Translations under genes and position numbers: made by a program
Notes under the pieces: generated by a model
Told to the model about the DNA's origin: nothing
What the model saw: the letters and a program-made list of their open reading frames with translations, nothing else
Database searches by the model: none
Shown: positions 56,366-64,000 of the stretch, one piece after another
How positions within the stretch are numbered: the first letter of the stretch is position 1
Layout of the letters: the number at the start of each line of letters is the position of its first letter
From: Schizochytrium sp. TIO01
Lineage: Eukaryota > Protista > Bigyra: Labyrinthulomycetes
Reading direction: 5' to 3'
Assembly: GCA_004764695.1 (NCBI GenBank)
Contig: SMSO01000031.1
Location: 4,440,436 to 4,504,435 of the forward strand
DNA length: 64,000 nt

Positions 56366-57415
56366 AGATACCGGAAGGATTCTCCTTCTCTTTCTTGCTT
56401 CCATTCACTGAGCCTCTTTTCTTCCGCACCACGCTCACGGCAATGGACACCCATTGCCTTCTCTAGCCGCCCAACTTGGTGTACTCGACAACCAAGAAGC
56501 AGCTCTCAGACTATTCCAGCCGAGCCACCCAAGGCTCGCAAAGCGCAGGCAGAACTACTTGGACAGGCACCACCACTCATGTATGTCTCGAAAATCGATG
56601 GTTCTGAAAATCAGTCCAATCATGCACGGGAAATCAAACTCGGAGAGAGACAAAGCGCGATGAAAACACATTTGTGAAGGTCAGGACGCCACAATGGTGG
56701 CGGCGGTGGCCACTCATTCATTATACAAAAGATGAGCTTTCGTGTCACCAACCATCAGAGGTATGGATAGCTTGTAGGCTCGTGTGCCCAGCCCTTTCTA
56801 TGCGAGACGTGGACGCTCGCTTGGTCCTGCGAGCTTAACGTGGCTTGCTCAGAATCGTTAGACTCAAGTGAAGACTTTGAGGCGGACAGCTCTAGCGAGG
56901 CGACAGGAGGAGACCAGAGGGTCTAGAGCAAAAGCCAAATCTGTGAGATTACATTGGCAGAGTCTGCCAGACCTCTATTTTACTTACTCCATGACTGGGC
57001 ACAAGCACATGCTTCACTACTTGCTTTGTTTGGCCGTAGGTTCATGGAGTGGGAGGGAGAGGTGCTACAATGCAATCGAAGTATTGATAAGCCGAGGACG
57101 GTGAGATTTGCTCACCCGATGAAAGTCTGCTTGATTGGCGTACTAGGTGGTACAAAGGAAGGAGGACACAGGCAAGCTCAATGTTTCTCAACCATTCCTC
57201 GGCTTCTGATCATACAGGCTCCTTCGTACAACAGAGAATCGACTTAGGATGAGGTGCAGGGGATGGCCGAGAGCAACCAACCACTTGTCGTCCACTTGTC
57301 GTCCTTCCGGGAATGTCCGTACTTTAAAACACTGTTGAATTCTGCGCCGAACATAGTCTAGCTCAGTACGAAGTGTATGTTCAGGGTAGTATCTTTGCCG
57401 TTGAATATTCGCTGA
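56366..57415 (+). pseudogene. Possible decayed ORF of unknown identity
   Basis: One frame of about 350 codons, including ORF 56954..57247, with only five internal stops. Composition is coding-like and flanked by AT-rich DNA. Confidence 0.25.
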
Positions 57416-58808
57416 CCTCTTGAGACTGGAAGTAGTGTTTGGCAACCAGTTCTACTCGACAGCAACAAGCTGGAGAAAGGGAAGTGGAAAGAGGCCTTTT
57501 AATGGCTTCGAAATCAAAATATAACCTTGCAAATACAATCAACTCAACGGGTTTTTGCAAGCAATCAAAATATAGCTCAGTGTAGTTCTACTTAAGTCTC
57601 TATGGCGCTAGATAGGTATTGGCCAATCAAACGATCTTCATTTGCTGATATGAGAGCTAGGTGTGGGTACAGGTTAGTTCAATCGAATCATAGCATCACT
57701 GAAGTCCATAATTTATATCCTATATCTTGTCATGTAGCGAAGTATATATAGAGCTTTAAGATCAGGTTGTCTCAGAATAGCGATCTACCTTATTCAGATT
57801 GGAGTTTACATATGAGCATTTCGTGATTATAAAATGAAAAAAATTGGTCGTCGCATATTTAAACACACATATATAATTTAGATAGGAATAAATTGGGTTC
57901 TTGTCCGAAGAAAGAACTCTATTTGGTATAGTATATCCTGCAATAGAATGTCAATCCATTTTTTTAAAAAAAGAATGGGCTCAATCTACTCACAGTATAG
58001 AACACTCTTCAGCAGCACCGTTTGTCTAGAGAAGTTGAAAGCAAAAACTTAACTAAACTGAAACGTCTAATGTGTTGGAGTAGTTTCACTATGCAAATAG
58101 TTTAGGTATGCATGTAAGCTATATTCACAAAGATATTGCCTGCGCTTGGGGGCAATGCTTTCGAAGCTGTAGTCTAAGTAACAAAAGTTGGCTCTCACTA
58201 AAAATTCATAACTCACCAAATGTAATGCATTCTAGCTAAAGCAAGTCATATGAGTCAAAGATCCCTGATGCACTTCTATTTGCATTATAACCTGAGGCGA
58301 CTGTAGGGATAGCATCTTAAAATTAATTCTAGCAGTTCATGCCAAATACCGACTAGGGAAATAGAATTAACACTAGGTTAGACTTTGCAAGACGTTTCTT
58401 TTATAGCGATATACAGGCTAGCTACGGGCAATATTCCTTCTTTTTTGTAACTACATTACTCCATACGCACATCTTATCTTACCATTTATCTATCTCCATT
58501 AAGGCTTTAATGAAGGCACGAGTACTGAAGGAATCGTGAGCAATACTATTTGAATTATTGTAAGGACAATGCCGCTACGGTTCGTAAAATATGGACATCC
58601 CAGGAGCATGTAGCATCACATTGAAGTTGAATGTTCAGTAATTATAGCAGTAGTTATAAGAAGTACTAGGTGTCATGCAGCGATGGACGTACACACCAAT
58701 TTCCAAGGCGGCTCTTCCTTAAATTTCCGCAACCCTATTTATTTATGTATATATATTATCTTTTTTAAAGTGATGGAAAATCGACTTGACTTGATTGAAT
58801 TTTGAGAT

Positions 58809-60830
58809 TTACATGACCTCAAGGAAAGAGGCCTCGTCCTGCACATTCGTGTCACGGCGTTGTACTCGACGTTTCACGTAGGTTGTATCAATGACAGCAT
58901 TCGAATGGGAAGCATGATAGTCGACACGTGCAGTTGTGGCATTGATCAAATCTACAAAAGCGGCGCCCCAAGTTCGGTTCTCCGCAAAAATGAACTTTTT
59001 ATCTGGGGTGTCACTAAGCGCAGAGAACGCATAGCCGCCCGCACCAACAACAAAGTGCTGAGCTCCACCTTCAGATAAACATTTATTATCCGAGAGGTGA
59101 GGACAGCTTCGCTGATAGGAGTGATGGTGACCGTAAAAGGCCATATCCACGCCATATTCTTCCATCAAAGGTTCGAGGGTGGAGCGCAGGGATGCAGCAA
59201 GGCCGTCATGATCACCAACAAAATTCGAAGATACATACATGGGGCGGTGGCCCATGAGGATGACCCAAGGTGTTTTCTTGCGATCGACTGATGCCCAATC
59301 TTGCACAAGCCATTCATATTGAGGAGACTGTTGATCAAATTCATGTTCTGTTGAGATCATCGTGATGTGCGCCAAGCCATGGTCGAAAGAGTACCATGGG
59401 CTATCTCGAACAGCAAGGGCGCGTTGATTGAACGCGCCCTTCCGTAAGCGTGTTGAAGGTGTTTGACCAGCGAAAGGAAAGTAGGTAGCATATGGAATAC
59501 CACATTCGCCTTGGCTGTCTGTGCTAGGAACAGCACTCTTAGCCCAACCCATTTCATGGTTGCCAATGCAAGTCATGTAGCTGACCTGAGACGAGATCTT
59601 TTCAATCTGCTCCAAAAAGGTATCCCACAACGCTAGGGCGCCGGTAGCATAACTAATATCACCAATGTGATTGACCAAAGTAAGGTTAGGATACTTTTCT
59701 AGGAGCCAATGGACTAGCCGCGTCGTGTTACGAGCACCAAGCTCTCCGTGTCCATAAAAGTCCCAGCTGTGCTGCATGGAGTCATCAATGCCGTTCATTG
59801 ATTGACCCATGTCACCAAAAACAACCATTTGGGTGCGACGATTGGAACCCTGAACGCCGCGTACAACACGGCGAGGACTAGATGCCCCCGTCTTCAAGTT
59901 CTTGATCACATACGTGACACGATCATCACGTGGAAAAACGTTCTTCACAACAGCAACCAACTGTGTTCCTGGTGTCATGTATCCTGTAGAAGCAGCTGGG
60001 CGAAGTTCGGGTTCACAGAAGTCGTCTGACGAATAAGTAAAAGAAGCTTCGGGTGCCTGTACAGTAATCAAGTTGCCCTGCTCTGTGGATAGCTCAACCT
60101 GCCAGTCAGACGGGTTCTGTTCAAGTTCAGGAGAAACGGACCAGACAAAGCGCAATGCCGAACTATCATCAACGACTTGGGAAACACGTACATGCTGCGG
60201 GACCTCCAAAAGCTCTCGCGGGACCTCAAAGATGTCTGACATAGCAAGGATTTCTGGATACGGCGAGACGCCCGGTGAAACGTAGGCTACACGGTATGCT
60301 GATGCCCCAGGGTGCATTAGTATCTTGAAGTCTGTGCGGCCAGATGCCTTGCCAGATTTCTGCGGTCTAAACTGCACAGGAAACTTGCCAAGCGGAGAGC
60401 AAGGTCCCGTGCTCTTATCGCATGCGAACACTCCAATCCAGTCATAAGGCGTGAGGAATTTGAGACGATCCCAATGCACACTAATCTCAAGTGCAGTTTC
60501 TTCGTCCGAGCTAACTACTTTGAGATCTTCGACTTCGAATATGGGAGAGACATCTTCTAGCAGACTCGCAAAAGATTCAACTGTTGGCGCCCTGAATCCT
60601 AGCGGAACAAGGCTTTGATCGAAGTATCCTGTGCCTCCGCCGCTGTGCAAGTCGGTGCTGGGCGGCACGTGGTGAAAAGTCTTAAAAAATCTCAATCTTT
60701 CGGCGTCTGTCAGCTCTCCAGAACCATAGTCAGCAGCTGAAGAGATGCTCAAGGAGGTCGATGGTTGCCAACACGCAGCTGTAACCACGCTGATGACCGT
60801 CAGGGCGGCCGTTGTCTTGGAGGTCGTCAT
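58809..60830 (-). CDS. Secreted purple acid phosphatase (large plant-type/nucleotide pyrophosphatase-like metallophosphoesterase)
   Basis: All five metal-ligand blocks are present: FGDMG, HIGDISYA, CIGNHE, MGHRPMY and YGHHH. N-terminal PYDWIGVF Fn3-like region. Signal-like MTTSKTTAALTVISVVTAACW from ATG 60830. Confidence 0.93.
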   Translation of the reverse strand: MTTSKTTAALTVISVVTAACWQPSTSLSISSAADYGSGELTDAERLRFFKTFHHVPPSTDLHSGGGTGYFDQSLVPLGFRAPTVESFASLLEDVSPIFEVEDLKVVSSDEETALEISVHWDRLKFLTPYDWIGVFACDKSTGPCSPLGKFPVQFRPQKSGKASGRTDFKILMHPGASAYRVAYVSPGVSPYPEILAMSDIFEVPRELLEVPQHVRVSQVVDDSSALRFVWSVSPELEQNPSDWQVELSTEQGNLITVQAPEASFTYSSDDFCEPELRPAASTGYMTPGTQLVAVVKNVFPRDDRVTYVIKNLKTGASSPRRVVRGVQGSNRRTQMVVFGDMGQSMNGIDDSMQHSWDFYGHGELGARNTTRLVHWLLEKYPNLTLVNHIGDISYATGALALWDTFLEQIEKISSQVSYMTCIGNHEMGWAKSAVPSTDSQGECGIPYATYFPFAGQTPSTRLRKGAFNQRALAVRDSPWYSFDHGLAHITMISTEHEFDQQSPQYEWLVQDWASVDRKKTPWVILMGHRPMYVSSNFVGDHDGLAASLRSTLEPLMEEYGVDMAFYGHHHSYQRSCPHLSDNKCLSEGGAQHFVVGAGGYAFSALSDTPDKKFIFAENRTWGAAFVDLINATTARVDYHASHSNAVIDTTYVKRRVQRRDTNVQDEASFLEVM

Positions 60831-62294
60831 TGTGCTCGCAAAGAGCACGCGGAGATCGGGTTTGGAACAGGGCTTGGCCACGAGCACTAGCTCCGAAGAT
60901 TTATTTAAATACAAATTATTAATTTAAACCAATATGAACTTGTAGTTACTCGGAGATAGCACAGTGCTAGAGGACGTTTCCAAGATTCTTGCGCGGAGAC
61001 CTCGGGATTCTTCTTGCAGGCGTACTACAAGGCACATCACCTGGGGAGAGGATTCATTTTGATGTGTATGTTCTTGTTCTTGTTGAAAGACTATACTCCT
61101 TGTGCGTGTGAGAGAGGGGGGATAGATGGTCCCTCAAGCGTTGAACAATGCAGCAAAGCTTAGAAATACTATCACGAAAGCAGGTCAATGCATAAGGTAA
61201 AACATGAAGTTGTAGGTATCAATTCTAGGACACAAGTATATATGTTAATAATCAATGTATTTCATTGAATCTTCGCTCTTCAGTCTCTGCATTGAAGCTT
61301 AAATGTTGCCATCAAACCAAAAGAAAATTTACCGAGAATAATTTCTGATAAGACAGTGTTTGCTTTCCCTTTAATGTTCCCCTCGATCGGAATTGGGATT
61401 TACAGCCCAAAAGTAAATAGGAATAGGCCTGCCTACGAGGTACAGAATTGAATAGACATCAAGTTGATGAAATATAAAATATTATGATCCTTACATGAAG
61501 TATCTAGCCAATTTACATGGACTTTATATGAAGTAATCTATCGGGTGTTGATTTCCAATGTTTAGGCCTCCATCCATGATTCTTAGTTTAAAAACAAGTC
61601 GCAAGTGTCACATGACTATCTCAATTTAAATATATTATACATTTTAAAAGTTGTTTATACCGCTAAAAAGGATAGAGGAATGATGATTCAATCACACAGA
61701 TTAGTTCAGTTTTTTAAATTCTAAAGGATGCAAAAATAAAAAGAGTGCTTTTCCTTCAACAGAGAGTGAAGGCTGCTCTAAGTGACTAAATTTCTGTTGT
61801 GTAGTTCGCTCAATCCTCCCTTATCATTAATAAAGCAAAAAACAACTTGGTAGCTTCTGCACTTCACTCTAAAGAAAGAAAAGAATCAGAAGCTTTGCTT
61901 AAGTTGTAGATGAGCTCTTCAGAACGATCAATTGGTTTTCAACTACAAAGACAAGCAGGCAGTATGTATGCAGTTATTTAAGAGCTAGTTCTATGAACTA
62001 CTAAATCAGATGAACCTATTTTTAAAGTACCATTGCTTCACCTCGACATCACACTTCAATAGAGATAGATCAATATCATGCATGCTATCGCGTAGAATCC
62101 GATTTCCGTATCTCTTTTCTTAGAGTGTAATATATTAATTGTTATTGGTTCAAGAAATTATTTTAATTGTAATAATATCATACCATAAAAGTCATCGCGT
62201 GGGATCCCAATTCACTATCCTTAAGTTCTTGCAGTTTGATATATATATGTTTCTCCATCCAATAGAATAGTTTACTTGTACCATGCCGTCAATC

Positions 62295-63476
62295 TCATTG
62301 CGTAAGATATCCTTTGCGTATCCTTTTTCTTGCTGCTTGGTAAAGCTGTGCTCCATCTAAAGGGGTAATTGGGAATAAGTTTGTTTGAGCAACAGCGAAA
62401 TTAAGCGTTGTAAAAATTCGGATAGCAGAATAAAGTATTTCAAAGCTGTGTAGTATGATAGAATTACCAGTACGAAGCTCGCGCGCAGTAGTTGCCGCAA
62501 AAAAGTACCACCACCATTCTGCCTCACTTATTTGCTGTATTTTCACGTTGCGGAGTGAGTTTCCCAAAGTTTCACGATCGTAAAAGTGTACATGTGCAGC
62601 CCCTGCTTCCCATATCAAATTTATATTCGAGCATGTCGGCATGAGCTCGGCATTATTCTCTCGAGACCATATTCGCAAGTTATTATTCGTCATTGTATCT
62701 GGAATTCTCCATTGGTCTCGTGATGGTAAAGAGTAATACAGATGCTCCAAAGTCCTATGAAAACTCTCAACACTTGAAGTATTGTAGCCATTGATGCTTG
62801 ATAACATCATCCCAGGCACTAGCCCTGCATCTCGAAGTGCTCCTTGGGAAGGCATAACTGTCAAAATCAGCCCCCCAATAGAAGGCATTGTTGGCACAAC
62901 ATTATGAAGGTAAGAAAGAAAGCACAGAAGGCACATAACAGCAACTAGGTTATGCCAGATTCCCGCCAAAATTACAACCACTTGTTGTGGGAAGCATGCT
63001 TGCTCAAAAGCCCTCTGTTCAAGCAGAGTCTCAGCTCGCCATAATGTAGTAAATCTCAAGCGAGGTTTTAGGCCGATCGCGTACGCAGCAAGCCAGTGGC
63101 CGGTCTCACTGAAGAAGTAAGCTATGTTAGAGGTCCGGAGGAGAGTGCCAATGAGAACATGTGCATTTCCAACTTACTGTATAGTCAATGTCAATCCTGC
63201 AGATATCACGGTTTGACAAACAACACTTAACACTGAATATGAGTCTTGAAGAAAATCCCAGCACTCGCTCGGGCTCAGAAGCAGAGTCCAAAGAACCTGT
63301 AGACTTTGCTTAAAAGGTAACGCAAGCTGCGTTGATGCTTCTTCTGTGAGATCAGGCAGGTGGTCACCTCTGAGAAAGCCCCAGGCGCGGTGAACTTCCG
63401 CCTGAATACAAACCAACGCAAACACGAGAGTGAGGAGTGCACCTACACTATACCATACATAAAGAACCCATCTCAT
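62295..63476 (-). CDS. MBTPS2: Site-2 protease (M50 intramembrane zinc metalloprotease) with PDZ-like insert; exons 63476-63178 and 63108-62295
   Basis: Splicing out 63177-63109 creates TIHETGHWLAA (HExxH). Downstream: ILAGIWHNLV, PDZ-like SQGALRDAGLVPGMMLSSING, and NLFPITPLDG (third Zn ligand). The 5' end is uncertain. Confidence 0.85.
63109..63177 (-). other. Spliceosomal intron (69 nt) splitting the first His codon of the S2P HExxH motif
   Basis: GTAAGT...CTAAC...TTCTTCAG on the minus strand. Confidence 0.88.
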
Positions 63477-64000
63477 GGAAAGAGGTCAAGACAGAGGCAG
63501 GATCTCTGGTTAGAGTTTGCGTCACAGTTGATTGAAGTAGGTACGTACTTCCCAGCTTGGTATGTTCCCTACATTCCCAACCTCTAAAGCGGTCTATGAT
63601 TAAATAGACCTCTTATCAGTTCTGGAGGTGATACAGGACGCCAAGCAATACTGTAGCCAGCTTTCTGTTAAAGCTGACAGACTTTGAAGGTGGGAGAGCA
63701 CTATTAAATAGGGAGAGCTATCCCGTTCAATTCGAAAAGCGTAATATCTTTTGATGTATGAAATTGATAGATTTTTAAAGAAGAAATACGAGACGGTAGA
63801 AAAGGTTGTGAATTATCACGTTGGCCATGGTCATGAACTGAGTGCATGGTACTTGAATCCCAATTGGATTAGTTGAATGGGCTAGATTGATGCACCTGGT
63901 TGGCCTCGGTATATCTGGAAATCGATTGACAATGCAAATCCTTTTCCGACAGATTTTGCGATGTTCTCCCGCAGGTTTGAAAACTTCAAAGGCCTTGGCC

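Noticed and set aside
57570-57640. tRNA-like A-box TAGCTCAGTGTAG
   Set aside because: No T-arm GTTCRA B-box or cloverleaf pairing.
18422-60830. GH92, AMT and purple acid phosphatase as a nutrient-scavenging gene cluster
   Set aside because: They are about 16-20 kb apart and interspersed with unrelated housekeeping genes; no shared motif seen.
1-64000. Alternative genetic code or endogenous giant-virus/mirusvirus segment
   Set aside because: Conserved genes translate correctly with the standard code and use TAA, TAG and TGA as stops; no viral hallmark genes recognised.

Overview
This is eukaryotic nuclear DNA, with no sign of prokaryotic, organellar or viral origin. It is intron-poor: three clear GT-AG introns were found. 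Intergenic DNA is rich in tetranucleotide microsatellites. The inverted OMPDC-OPRT fusion and this genome style suggest a stramenopile, probably a thraustochytrid/labyrinthulomycete (inference). About 14 protein-coding genes are supported. They are an inverted UMP synthase, a divergent 2-oxoglutarate dehydrogenase E1, VPS53, an EF-hand-like protein, a GH92 alpha-mannosidase, a polyQ Myb/SANT-like regulator, a BRCT+Myb (Rap1-like) protein, an MDR oxidoreductase, an ammonium transporter and a RING E3. The rest are a DD3-3/TM/SH3 receptor-like protein, a 3-RRM nucleolar protein, an F-box/RCC1 protein, a purple acid phosphatase and a site-2 protease. The main anomaly is that three otherwise intact genes each need a +1 frame correction at a short homopolymer; assembly error is most likely, with recoding or real alleles as alternatives. 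The most novel-looking architectures are DD3-3 ectodomain-TM-SH3, BRCT-Myb, an OGDH E1 with a ~180-aa insertion, and a RING ligase with a triplicated SSFxxGLRRAF motif. No rRNA, tRNA, CRISPR array or recognisable transposon was found. All family assignments come from motif recognition by eye, with no database searches.
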